The notes: generated by a model not told the origin, from the sequence alone. Positions 50,888-60,837 are shown, counted from the first letter of the stretch. The stretch: 64,000 bases of DNA from an uncultured delta proteobacterium (GCA_963823335.1 CAWGLD010000007.1:160001-224000); one strand, 5' to 3'. A program made the numbers and translations.

Positions 50888-51751
50888 GTGGACATCATGA
50901 AACCAAATGAAATACCAGCCGATGTGACTATCATAGATATACTTTCTGATAGTTCATACGCACTTGAACATATCAAAGGTGCCAAGAATTTCAGTGTCTA
51001 TGAAACCGCATTCTTGGATAAGATTCAGGAAGCTTTCACGCCTGATGACAAACTCTTGGTGTACGGGCTTAACAACAAGACCGAAGAAGCCCAAAGAGCA
51101 CAAGACTTGCTCACCCAAGCTGGCTATGAAGCAGACATCCTCGATGGTGGGTTGGTAGCCTGGAAAGAAGCAGGATTGCCGGTTGAAGCTATCGACAGAC
51201 TTACTACACCTATGGTCGGAGAGTACAAGGTCGTACCTGAGACCAGTCGTGTCGAATGGACTGGTCGGAATATCGGTAATAAGCATACCGGTAACATCAA
51301 GGTAAAATCCGGTTATCTTAAATTCGAGGACGGCGTTCCAAAAGAAGGCTCAGTCGTGGTCGATATGGACACCATCAATAACGTCGATCTTGATCCCGAA
51401 TTCAAGCCGATGCTCGAAGCTCATCTGAAGAGCCATGATTTTTTTGCGGTAGAAAAGTATCCGACCGCACAAATTGACGTGACCGGTGTTGAGGAGATTT
51501 TAGGACTGATCAGCGCACCGAACTATCGAGTGACCGCTAACCTGACCATCAAGGACATAGCAAATAAGGTCTCTTTCCTTGCATTTGTGCATGAGAAAGA
51601 AGGTCAGGCTGCCATGAATGCCCACTTTGATATCGATCGGAGTCTGTGGGATATCAAGTATGGTTCAGAGAGATTCTTCTCACGTCTTGGCATCCACCTG
51701 ATCGATGATACCATCTCCTTGGATGTCATCCTTTTCGGTGAGAAGGATTAA
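50888..51751 (+). CDS. Rhodanese-like + YceI fusion protein
   Basis: HIKGAKN...LDGGLVAWKEAGLP, then SRVEWTGR, HLKSHDFF.VEKYP, IDRSLWDIKYGS. Confidence 0.85.
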   Translation: MDIMKPNEIPADVTIIDILSDSSYALEHIKGAKNFSVYETAFLDKIQEAFTPDDKLLVYGLNNKTEEAQRAQDLLTQAGYEADILDGGLVAWKEAGLPVEAIDRLTTPMVGEYKVVPETSRVEWTGRNIGNKHTGNIKVKSGYLKFEDGVPKEGSVVVDMDTINNVDLDPEFKPMLEAHLKSHDFFAVEKYPTAQIDVTGVEEILGLISAPNYRVTANLTIKDIANKVSFLAFVHEKEGQAAMNAHFDIDRSLWDIKYGSERFFSRLGIHLIDDTISLDVILFGEKD

Positions 51752-51761
51752 AGCTTTTATT

Positions 51762-51932
51762 ACTCCAACGAAAGTGCAGTTATCAGACCCCTAAAATATT
51801 ACCGGTGTGTGAAAATAATCACAGCCGGTCAAATCTTGCATGGATAGGGTCTCCCGTGGTACCTTGGGGATGACCAAACGGTATCGGTAATATTGCCGTT
51901 GATCTTGATAACTGGACTTCTCTCCATGTATC
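51762..51932 (+). repeat. 171-bp array repeat R7
   Basis: Colinear with R1. Confidence 0.93.
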
Positions 51933-52117
51933 TGCAATTTAATATTTCTTTGATACATACAAGAAATTATTTCGCAAAAGATATAATTTGAAACCCTTCA
52001 TAAGAGTCCCCTATTTTTATGCTTGTAATTCATTTGCAACGAATCAATAATTAACCTTGTACGAAAGACGGATTGCCGAAGAAAATTGGTATTCTGCCAT
52101 ATGGCCGAAAAAAAATT

Positions 52118-53314
52118 ATGAAAGAACGAAGATACGACATTGATTGGGTAAGGGTGATAGCAACATTGGCTGTCTTTATCTTTCACAGCGGCCGTTTCTT
52201 CGATAAGTTGGACTGGCACCTAAAAAATGCTCAGCAGAGCTTCTTTCTAACCATGTTCGTTGGTTTTCTGGATCTGTGGATAATGCCTCTTCTGTTCCTG
52301 CTTTCTGGTCTGGGAACCTGGTACTCGCTGAAATTCAGGGGCAGCGGGCAATATCTCTTTGAGAGGGTCAAGCGGCTCCTAATCCCTCTGTACACGGTGG
52401 GCGCCTTTATCCTATTGCCACCCCAGTTCTACTTTGAGCTTATTACCCATGGAAGAGATGTTCTCTCCATCTGGGAAGTGATTCCGCCACTCTATGGGGG
52501 GCCCCTTAGATTTTCCCTTGATGCGCCCTATCTCATCAATCTCTGGAGCGGTCATTTGTGGTTTCTTCAGTTTCTCTTTATCGTGTCTCTCTTGATACTG
52601 CCGCTGCTTCTATATCTCAAATCTGATCCAGGTCGGCACCTTATCGCATGGTTGGCGGATTGGAGCGATCGTCGGGGTGGTATATTCCTGTTCCTGGTTC
52701 CACTGGTCCTCGTGCGGGTCGGTCTGAGAGGCTTTTTTCATGGAGCGCATACTTGGGCCGATCTTTTCTATTATGCGGTCTTTTTTGTCATAGGCTATGT
52801 TATCGCAGCCGACAGACGTTATACAGAAGGCTATAAGAGACTTGGGTGGGTATTCCTGGTTCTGGGTATCGCTGCCTATGCGGGTGAAGGTGCTCTCATT
52901 ATTGGATTTCACTACCCTTATCCGGGCGCCGAGTCCTTCTCGTGGACATACGTGCTCTTTAACATCGTGATCAGCATCGGCAACTTTTGTTGGGTCATGT
53001 TCATTCTGAGCCTGACTGCCAAATACATGAATTTCAACCACAAGGTGCTGACTTACGGTAACGAGGCGGTGCTACCCTTTTACATCTTTCATCAAACGAT
53101 AATCCTTTGCGTCGGCTGGTTCGTCATACGCTGGAACATCGGCATAGGGCCGAAGTATGTTATCATCGCCTTGGTTTCATTTGCCCTGATCATGTTCCTG
53201 TACGACTTGCTCGTCAGACGTTTCAATGTGATGCGGCTTTTCTTCGGCATGAGACCAAAGAAGAAGCCTTCAAAAACACCCGACCCGCAACTCTCGACAA
53301 GGACTTCCACCTGA
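52118..53314 (+). CDS. Acyltransferase-3 family membrane protein (MdoC/OpgC-like)
   Basis: RRYDIDWVR, MPLLFLLSG, ERVKRLLIP, HLWFL, PFYIFHQ. Confidence 0.88.
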   Translation: MKERRYDIDWVRVIATLAVFIFHSGRFFDKLDWHLKNAQQSFFLTMFVGFLDLWIMPLLFLLSGLGTWYSLKFRGSGQYLFERVKRLLIPLYTVGAFILLPPQFYFELITHGRDVLSIWEVIPPLYGGPLRFSLDAPYLINLWSGHLWFLQFLFIVSLLILPLLLYLKSDPGRHLIAWLADWSDRRGGIFLFLVPLVLVRVGLRGFFHGAHTWADLFYYAVFFVIGYVIAADRRYTEGYKRLGWVFLVLGIAAYAGEGALIIGFHYPYPGAESFSWTYVLFNIVISIGNFCWVMFILSLTAKYMNFNHKVLTYGNEAVLPFYIFHQTIILCVGWFVIRWNIGIGPKYVIIALVSFALIMFLYDLLVRRFNVMRLFFGMRPKKKPSKTPDPQLSTRTST

Positions 53315-53413
53315 ATGTCAAGCGACTTAAACGGAATTGTGGTAACAAGGTGTGCCACCGCCCAGCCAGTCGCTGAAACCTGACCGTCCTGATTGTTAGT
53401 GTGATTCCATGTA

Positions 53414-53585
53414 TCTCAAACAAAACGGTAGATATTGGGTACCCTAAAATAATACTGGTGTGCGAAAATAATCACAACAGGCCAAATCTTGTATTCATAA
53501 GCTCTACCGTGGTACCGTGGCGATGACCAGATGGTATCGGCAATAATTTCATTGAGCTTGATAACTGGACTTGTCTCCATGTATC
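53414..53585 (+). repeat. ~171-bp array repeat R8
   Basis: Colinear with R1; shares downstream tail with R1. Confidence 0.92.
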
Positions 53586-53648
53586 GGTACTTGGCTGATA
53601 TTTGGTTTTCAGACAAGATACCACATGCTTTTCACTTCCAAAAATGAT

Positions 53649-53677
53649 TTGACAATATCAAATAATTGCAGCATAGT
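53649..53677 (+). promoter_or_regulatory. Sigma70-type promoter
   Basis: TTGACA-17 bp-CATAGT. Confidence 0.6.
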
Positions 53678-53899
53678 TTTTTAAACATACTTAAAGTTCA
53701 GTTGAAACTGGATTAATTTTGTCTTAAATCTACAATTCCTATCGCATCTCTATCTACTGACCTCAATCACAACATCGATTTGATCTGCAATCTGTTCTTC
53801 TTTCATTCCTGATCATTTGATTTTCATTACTTTGTGGTGTTGAAAATTCCTTTGGAATTTTCTTTATTGTCAAACAACAAACATTAAAGGAGTGAAAAA

Positions 53900-54376
53900 A
53901 TGAAAGTTTACTCAAGAGTTTTATTCTCTCGAAAATTTATTGTGGTTGTTAGTTTTCTTTTACTTTTTGGTATTTTTATTATGCCTGCCATGGCATCTGA
54001 CCGCTTTGTTAACAATGGCGATGGTACTGTTACAGACACAAAGACTGGACTGATGTGGTCAGCAGCAGACAATGGGAATCACATAAACTGGAAGGATGCC
54101 TGTTCTTATTGTCAAAGTTGCAGTGTTGGCGGCCACACAGACTGGCGAATGCCAACATTGGCAGAACTAAAAAGTCTTTATGCTCCTGTAATAACGAACG
54201 AATATGGTTACCATATTACTACATTTATAGGTACTACTGCCGAAAGTTGTTGGGCTTCAGAGACTCGTGGCGAGGAAGCTGCCCGTTTTAATTTCAGGTA
54301 TGGGCAAGAGTATTGGCTGCGACAATTTCACTCAGGCTCAGGTAGGGCCTTACCTGTGCGGAATGTTAATTATTAA
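53900..54376 (+). CDS. DUF1566 (Lcl C-terminal) domain secreted protein
   Basis: RFVNNGDGTVTDTKTGLMW, DWRMPTLAEL. Confidence 0.88.
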   Translation: MKVYSRVLFSRKFIVVVSFLLLFGIFIMPAMASDRFVNNGDGTVTDTKTGLMWSAADNGNHINWKDACSYCQSCSVGGHTDWRMPTLAELKSLYAPVITNEYGYHITTFIGTTAESCWASETRGEEAARFNFRYGQEYWLRQFHSGSGRALPVRNVNY

Positions 54377-54515
54377 ACCGGATCCTAACATTCGGAGATA
54401 TACAAGTTGTCAGTTGCAGACCGCTCCACGGGGCTGTAACTGTTTTTGATGACACATCACAATTGAATTAGCAGTGAACTTTTAGTTTAAAGAAAAACAG
54501 ACTTTATGTCGTACA

Positions 54516-54686
54516 GCTCCAACAAAAACAAAGATATCAGACCCCCGAAAAATTGCCGGTGTGCGAAAATAATCACAACAGGTCAAATCTTGCATTCATG
54601 GAGCCTGCCATGCTACCGTGGACATTACCATATGATATCGGTAAAATTTGCATCGGGCTTGATAACTGGACTTCTCTCCATGTATC
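54516..54686 (+). repeat. 171-bp array repeat R9
   Basis: Colinear with R1. Confidence 0.93.
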
Positions 54687-54925
54687 TAAAGTTGGGACAT
54701 TGCATGAGTACCGCCAGAACAACCTACTCAAAATGTTTGAAACACCTCATTTCTTGACCGTTCCTAACAAATCATGTATGTACTCTATATTGCACCCAGT
54801 TCACATCTGAGCTGAAGCTGATTGTCCACTATTGTGCCTGAGTTGACCTGAACTTCAACCTGTTCATACCTTCCCAAGCAATATTATTTCCACAGCATCT
54901 ATCCATTGATCTGAAAGGGGGCATT

Positions 54926-55375
54926 ATGAAATCCATCATCGTTGCCACTTTTGTAAGCATCTTTATTTTAGCTAATGGTTTCCAAGCTGTTGCGGCAGAC
55001 AAATATTCTGTATCTGGTGAAATCATTTTTTATGAAGAACAAGGGGAATTTATTTTAAAGCTTAAAACCCAAGATGAATTGGAAAATGCCGTAAAGACAA
55101 TTCCACCAGAAAGATATCTATTGATAAAGCCTACCTCAGACCAACTTAAAGCTAAAAAGGTTACTTTTTCATTTACGAATATTCCCGCTGGCAGCTATTG
55201 TATCTCCTGCCTTCATGACCTAAATAAAAATGGGGAATTGGATCGTGTTCCTGAAACTGGTTTTCCTGTTGAGCCATATGGTTATTCAGGGCCATTGGCA
55301 TTTGGAAAGCCTATGTGGGAGGATGTAAGCTTTAAAGTAGATAAGGATATTAGTGGGATCAAAATCAAGCTATAG
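54926..55375 (+). CDS. DUF2141-like secreted protein
   Basis: G.Y.IS.LHDLNKNGELD...P.EPYGYS. Confidence 0.8.
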   Translation: MKSIIVATFVSIFILANGFQAVAADKYSVSGEIIFYEEQGEFILKLKTQDELENAVKTIPPERYLLIKPTSDQLKAKKVTFSFTNIPAGSYCISCLHDLNKNGELDRVPETGFPVEPYGYSGPLAFGKPMWEDVSFKVDKDISGIKIKL

Positions 55376-55389
55376 CCTGTATTGTACTA

Positions 55390-55560
55390 TCTCCAACAAA
55401 AACAAAGATATCAAGCGCCCAAAATATTACCGGTGTGCGAAAATAATCGCAACAAACAGAATCTTGTATTCATGAGCCCTGCCGTGGTACGCTGGGCATA
55501 ACCAGATGGTATCGGTAATATTTGCATCAAACTTGATAATTGGACATCTCTCCATATATC
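55390..55560 (+). repeat. 171-bp array repeat R10
   Basis: Colinear with R1. Confidence 0.93.
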
Positions 55561-55596
55561 AGTGATTACTCGATAGTTGGTTATAATGGAAGAGCT

Positions 55597-57216
55597 ATGA
55601 ATTTGCTTCAGAATAGGAAGTACATGACTTTTCGTATCCTTGCCACGTTATTAGGTCTGGTATCTTTTTATTCTTTCTCTGCCGCATCGATTATCATCTA
55701 CCCAACAGGAGCTTGGCAAGCTTCTACTCCTGAAGAACAAGGGATGGAATCTCAAGCCCTTGCTGAAATGATGGAGTACATAAAGAAAAACAGTTTCAAC
55801 ATTGATAGTATATCAGTTGTACGAAACGGTTTTATGGTTTTCGATGCATACTTTTGGCCATTTTCAAAGGGGCAAAAGCATATTATTCATTCATGTACAA
55901 AAAGCATTATGTCAGCATTGATAGGCATTGCTATCGATAAAGGATACATTCAAGATGTGAACCAATCCATTATCGATTTTTTCCCAGATAGAGCATTTGC
56001 GAATAATAGTGACCTTAAAAAGTCCATTACGCTTGAAAACCTACTAATGATGGCATCAGGCTTGAAATGCAGGGACTCTTATCTTTATCGCTGGAAGGGA
56101 TTGTTTGAAATGCGATATAGCAGGGATTGGGCTCAATATGTTCTCGACCTTCCCATGGTTGAGCCTCCAGGTAAAAAGTTTGAATATTGCAATGGAGTCT
56201 CATATCTCCTATCTGTCATTATCCAAAATTCAACAAATATGACAACTTTAGATTTTGCAAGAGAGCATCTATTTGATCCCCTTGGCATATTTGAAATTGG
56301 TTGGGCAAATAGTCCTCAGGGTGTTGATATCGGATATGGTGAGATGTGGTTAAAGCCTCATGATATGGCCAAATTTGGATGGCTATATCTAAATAAGGGA
56401 CAATGGGGCAACAAACAGATAATACCTTCAACATGGGTTGAGGTTTCTACACGTGGGCATATCGATACTACGCTTTTTGATCAATATGGGTATCAGTGGT
56501 GGATCGATTCTGCTGGATATTATATGGCTGTTGGATATAAAGGCCAGCGTATTTTCGTTGTGCCGGAAAAAAATATTGTGGCGGTCTTTACCAGTGATCT
56601 GACCGGCAGGAATAGTTTAGTTTCTAAAAATTTGCTGGACTATTACATAATTCCAGCTGCATCTTCACCTACCGTATTATCACCAAACGTGGAAGAACAA
56701 GCCAGACTGGGTGCATTAATAAATAGTGTCGCCAAGGCTCCATTGGCCGGATTTGTTTGGATTTCAGAAAATAAGGGAATAGCGAAAGATGGTGTTTTTA
56801 AGAGAACAGCATCACCGGCTTTTAAGTTTGAGTATCCATTGGGTAGTAAAAAAATAGCAATTGCCTATCCAAGTCAGATAATGAGAATGAGAACTCCAAG
56901 AGACTTTGAATTTTCTGCCTTTGTTGGTGATATCCCTGAGGGTTTAGAGTTAGAAGACTTCGGGCAAAAATTTTATGCCAAGGAGATAGAGAATGTTGGT
57001 TCAGATATCAAAGTCATTATTAATAAAGAAATCACGCTTAAGTGTGGTACGAAAGCATATCAAACGGAACTTACATGGGTATTGAATAATACTATGCTGA
57101 TAAGGACTTTTCTCGTAACAGCATACAAGGATGGGAAATATGTATTTATAGACGCTCACCCATGGAAAAATGAGAATAACGCTGAACTAATTGTTCAGAG
57201 TTTAATATTTAGATAG
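55597..57216 (+). CDS. Serine hydrolase, beta-lactamase class C-like, with C-terminal extension
   Basis: SCTK (SxxK), YCN, LLMMASG, YGYQWW; start uncertain (55597 or 55624). Confidence 0.85.
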   Translation: MNLLQNRKYMTFRILATLLGLVSFYSFSAASIIIYPTGAWQASTPEEQGMESQALAEMMEYIKKNSFNIDSISVVRNGFMVFDAYFWPFSKGQKHIIHSCTKSIMSALIGIAIDKGYIQDVNQSIIDFFPDRAFANNSDLKKSITLENLLMMASGLKCRDSYLYRWKGLFEMRYSRDWAQYVLDLPMVEPPGKKFEYCNGVSYLLSVIIQNSTNMTTLDFAREHLFDPLGIFEIGWANSPQGVDIGYGEMWLKPHDMAKFGWLYLNKGQWGNKQIIPSTWVEVSTRGHIDTTLFDQYGYQWWIDSAGYYMAVGYKGQRIFVVPEKNIVAVFTSDLTGRNSLVSKNLLDYYIIPAASSPTVLSPNVEEQARLGALINSVAKAPLAGFVWISENKGIAKDGVFKRTASPAFKFEYPLGSKKIAIAYPSQIMRMRTPRDFEFSAFVGDIPEGLELEDFGQKFYAKEIENVGSDIKVIINKEITLKCGTKAYQTELTWVLNNTMLIRTFLVTAYKDGKYVFIDAHPWKNENNAELIVQSLIFR

Positions 57217-57234
57217 ACTGCCGATAGCTGGTAC

Positions 57235-58794
57235 CTTTCCTATAGGTAGATGTTGTGGAGGCGAGCGAGCCCGTAGGGTGTAGCTCGCGGAGTCTCCACA
57301 ACTCTATCGATAGGGGTTTTCAAGCCTTAAATTCCCCCGTAATTATCCAATTCCAAAATAATAAAGGTGAAACTCCCCTGTTTAATGAGCCATCAGGTTT
57401 TGGCCTGTGGCATAATTGATGCGTAGTCTGCAATGAAGCAGCTACAAAACAAAAGGAGTTTCACCTATGAAAAAACGAAACATTTATCAGAATCAAAGTC
57501 AAGATTTACTTAGTCTTTTTGAGGCGGCTGGCAGCAGTGAAAAAGTGATGTGCGTGCCGTTAGATTATGCAAAGAAAGATCATTTGGCGATGTTTTGCAA
57601 TGGGTACGGTGATATTTTGCGAAAACCGTTTTCAGTGAAGAACACGCCAGAAGGCATAGCATACATCGATGATCAGGTAACGCGTTCCTGCCGGCGGCGT
57701 GGCATAAAAAAGGAGCATGTCTTTTTTGGTGGTGAAGATGCCAATTCATTTGCGAAAAATTTTGTCAGCACATTACGAAGCAAAGGCTTTCTTGTTGCCA
57801 ATGTGAATGCGCATGACGCAAAAAAACAGCGTGGGAATCTGCAAGCCAGTACTGATCGAATAGATTTAATGGGCATTGCCACCATGCTGTTGAATTGTCG
57901 TGCCAACTGCGGTCCTGCTCAATCCGGCATCTATCGTAATCTTCGCACCCTTGTTCGCCATCGGCGCAAGCTGGTTCAAATGTTAACTGAAGTAAAAAAT
58001 CGAGTGCATGGAATTGTCGATGAGCTTTTCCCCGGATTCTTAAATGAAAAGAATAGCGGTATCGTTCCGTTTACACAAAGTTCACTATACTTGATGGAAG
58101 ATCGTTTTAGTCCGAAACAGATCCGTCGTCGCAGACGTCAAAAGCTGATCGAAATTCTTAAGCGATTTGGTACTTCAAAGGCTGAGAAAACGGCCGCTAA
58201 ACTTCAACAGTATGCGGCAAATGTACTGCATGCCCCGGTTGAATATGTTGATACAATGCAGCTATCCCTGGCCCAGCATGTCAAACACATAAGGTGTTTA
58301 AAAGAAAGTGTTGCGCAGATGGATAAGGAGATAGCGTTGAATCTGTCACAAACCCAAGGCGCTTTTCTGACAAGTGTACGCGGCATTGGTCTTGTTTTGG
58401 CAGCCGGCGTAACCGCTGAGATCGGAGATTTAAATGAACAAAAGTCTCTCAATAATTTGGCATCCTATTCAGGCATCATCCCGCGTGTTAAACAAACCGG
58501 TGGTACCGATGGCAAAACGTATACAGGACCGGTAGCCACCCTGTCCGTCCGAAAACTAATTATGGCTCCAAGGTACTCTGATCCTGGGATCGCTCAGAGA
58601 TCTCGTCATACCAGTTTGTCAAGATCGGACGTTATGGGCAGGGGTTACCACCTGTTATGCTGAACTTTGAATAACTGAAACTGTGATGGCTAAGACTGGT
58701 TCATTTAAAAGATATCAAAACCGGCCCGGACCGGTACAGGGGAAGTGTTGCCTAAAATTTGCGGAGAATATTGGCTTGACTTTATTCTGGTACT
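57235..58794 (+). mobile_element. IS110-family insertion sequence (probably internally deleted)
   Basis: CT at both proposed ends (57235-57236, 58793-58794); joining the ends gives TTGACT-17 bp-TATAGG. Confidence 0.7.
57467..58663 (+). pseudogene. IS110-family transposase, C-terminus apparently truncated after about 58535
   Basis: DEDD-like LDYAK / GGED / TDRID; RGIGLVLAAGVTAEIGD...LASYSGIIP...QTGG, after which the family-like sequence stops. Confidence 0.8.
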
Positions 58795-58973
58795 CCAACT
58801 AATCCACGGTGAAAGGGGCCTCTGAAAAGCTTTGATACCATACTATCCAGCGAATTCCTGACCTAAAAGGTAAGTCTGTCAATTCAAGTATAAGCCAGGA
58901 CATTGTCAAAAGACGGACATTACATTACAAATTCACCACACAAGATTGACTTGACCTGACACCCTTAATTGAT

Positions 58974-59016
58974 GGTATCTGCAATAAGGCCCGAATGATG
59001 ATTGTCTCCATGTATC
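58974..59016 (+). repeat. 37-bp short site S3 plus TGTATC
   Basis: GGTATCTGCAATAAGGCCCGAATGATGATTGTCTCCA-TGTATC, then the R1/R8-type tail. Confidence 0.75.
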
Positions 59017-59043
59017 GGTAATTGGATATATTTGGTTTCATGC

Positions 59044-59072
59044 TTGACTGAAAATATTTCCTTCTGTATATC
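59044..59072 (+). promoter_or_regulatory. Sigma70-type promoter
   Basis: TTGACT-17 bp-TATATC. Confidence 0.58.
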
Positions 59073-59226
59073 AATTAAAACACTTAAATTTCATCTCTTC
59101 TGAAGTTGATGTGCCTTTCCTAAATCTACACTTCATTCTAAGTTGCCCTGTCAAAGCTTTAAACTGCTCTTTTCTCACTTCGATCATTAATAGAAACCAA
59201 ATATGAAAGTGAAAGGAGACCGAAAA

Positions 59227-60120
59227 ATGAAAAGACTATTCATACTGATTCTTTCTTTAATTCTAATGGGATTTGCTGCAGGACAAAAACCGCAGGCTGC
59301 TGAAATTGTAAAACTGACTGAAAAAACAACAAATATTGAGTCTTTTGAAATATGCTATAATGAAGGTGGGAAAGGAGAAACTGTCCTTTTGTTACATGGT
59401 TTTGGTGGAATGAAGGAAATGTGGACTGAATTTGCACAATTTCTTATTCCATCATACCGTGTCATTATTTTAGATCTACCAGGTCATGGGAAAAGCACAA
59501 AAAGCATTGAAGCATCATATACCATTGAAAAGCAGGCAGAGAGAATTGACCAATTTGCTAATTCTTTGGGATTGTCCAAGTTTCATATAGCAGGGAATTC
59601 AATGGGAGGAACCATTTCTGGGGAGTATGCTGTTAATTATCCTGATCGATTATTAAGTTTAGGGTTGTTCGATACAGGCGGGGTTCTTTCTAACAAAATG
59701 AGTGATTTTATATCAATTCTCATGTCCGAAGGAAAAAACATCCTGATTGCAAAAAATCGAGAAGAATATGATAAAGTTTTAGAATTCGTATTTTTTAAAA
59801 TTCCTTCTTGGCCACAAGAACGCATGGATGGAGCTTTTGAAAGAAGTATTGCGGACCCCGAATTAAAGGAAAAAATATTTGAGGACATCACGAATGGATA
59901 CCAAATACCTCTACAATTTAACCTAAATAAAATCAATGCACCAACATTAATTCTTTGGGGTGATAAAGACCGAATCTTAGACGTATCTTGTGCTAAAATT
60001 CTTGAAAAGGGAATTTCAAATTCAAAAACAGTTATTATGAAAGATATGGGTCATTGCCCCCAAATGGAACGTCCAGAAGAAACAGCTAATCATTATATTG
60101 AATATCTACGGAGCATATAA
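59227..60120 (+). CDS. Alpha/beta hydrolase (lipase-like), secreted
   Basis: LLHGFGG, DLPGHG, GNSMGG, WGDKD, GHCPQME. Confidence 0.9.
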   Translation: MKRLFILILSLILMGFAAGQKPQAAEIVKLTEKTTNIESFEICYNEGGKGETVLLLHGFGGMKEMWTEFAQFLIPSYRVIILDLPGHGKSTKSIEASYTIEKQAERIDQFANSLGLSKFHIAGNSMGGTISGEYAVNYPDRLLSLGLFDTGGVLSNKMSDFISILMSEGKNILIAKNREEYDKVLEFVFFKIPSWPQERMDGAFERSIADPELKEKIFEDITNGYQIPLQFNLNKINAPTLILWGDKDRILDVSCAKILEKGISNSKTVIMKDMGHCPQMERPEETANHYIEYLRSI

Positions 60121-60145
60121 TCATAAGAGGTAAAAGAATTCTCTT

Positions 60146-60174
60146 GCAGGGTCAGAAATGGCCCTGCCTTTTTT
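60146..60174 (+). terminator. Intrinsic terminator
   Basis: GCAGGGTCA-GAAA-TGGCCCTGC then T run. Confidence 0.7.
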
Positions 60175-60188
60175 ACAGATTGCCAATA

Positions 60189-60359
60189 TCTCCAACGATT
60201 CGGTAGATATCAGACACTTAAAATATTACCGGTGTGCGAATATATTCACAACAGGTCAAATCTTGCATTCATAGGTGTCTCCATGGTACCTTGGGGATGA
60301 CTATATGGTATCTGACAATTTATCAGATTATCGGATAGTTGGATTTGTCTCCATCTATC
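60189..60359 (+). repeat. 171-bp array repeat R11
   Basis: Colinear with R1; right-arm subtype shared with R3. Confidence 0.92.
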
Positions 60360-60396
60360 TGTAATGGCTGTTATTGGATCATAAGGAAGTTCGATT

Positions 60397-60837
60397 ATGC
60401 CCATTGAGATACAAGATTGTGATGGTGGTATAGGCAATATCATTATAAGTCGAGGGGTGGTTACGGATCAAGAACTTGTCGATACCTTGAATGAACATCT
60501 AACACATAACAAAGAAAAATTAAAAAGATACAAATACATTCTTTTTGATCACACAGCATTAACAAAGTTGGATATCACTAAAGAAACCGTAGAATTTATT
60601 GCAGGACTATGGGAAGACATCTCGAGAGCTAATCCAGATCCTATAACTGCAATGATAGCTAATGTTTCAATTGGAGCTAATATCGATCTTATCAATAGAA
60701 TTTCGAGAATGCATGAATTATTTATTCATCGGTCGTGTTGGGAAACCATGGTATTTAGAACTAAAATAGAAGCGGTGAGATGGATCAAGGAAAAGGTTAG
60801 AGAAAAATTTGGAATTAATAATCTGACATTTGATTAA
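60397..60837 (+). CDS. Hypothetical protein (possibly STAS/SEC14-like)
   Basis: 146-aa ORF filling R11-S4; ends VFRTKIEAVRWI. Confidence 0.68.
   Translation: MPIEIQDCDGGIGNIIISRGVVTDQELVDTLNEHLTHNKEKLKRYKYILFDHTALTKLDITKETVEFIAGLWEDISRANPDPITAMIANVSIGANIDLINRISRMHELFIHRSCWETMVFRTKIEAVRWIKEKVREKFGINNLTFD

Noticed and set aside
53505-53550. Repeat as a remnant of IS200 tnpA (minus-strand RYHLV recalls YHxVW.PKYR)
   Set aside because: The match is a few residues, needs a frameshift, and no HUH motif or other TnpA sequence follows.
53900-54376. Diversity-generating retroelement target (DUF1566 C-type-lectin-like fold)
   Set aside because: No reverse transcriptase and no template/variable repeat pair with adenine-specific differences seen.
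54555-54602. Repeat as the C-terminus of a tyrosine recombinase (RCAKIITTDQILH resembles GHA.I.TTQIY.H)
   Set aside because: Catalytic His and Tyr are absent and no upstream recombinase sequence exists in any copy.
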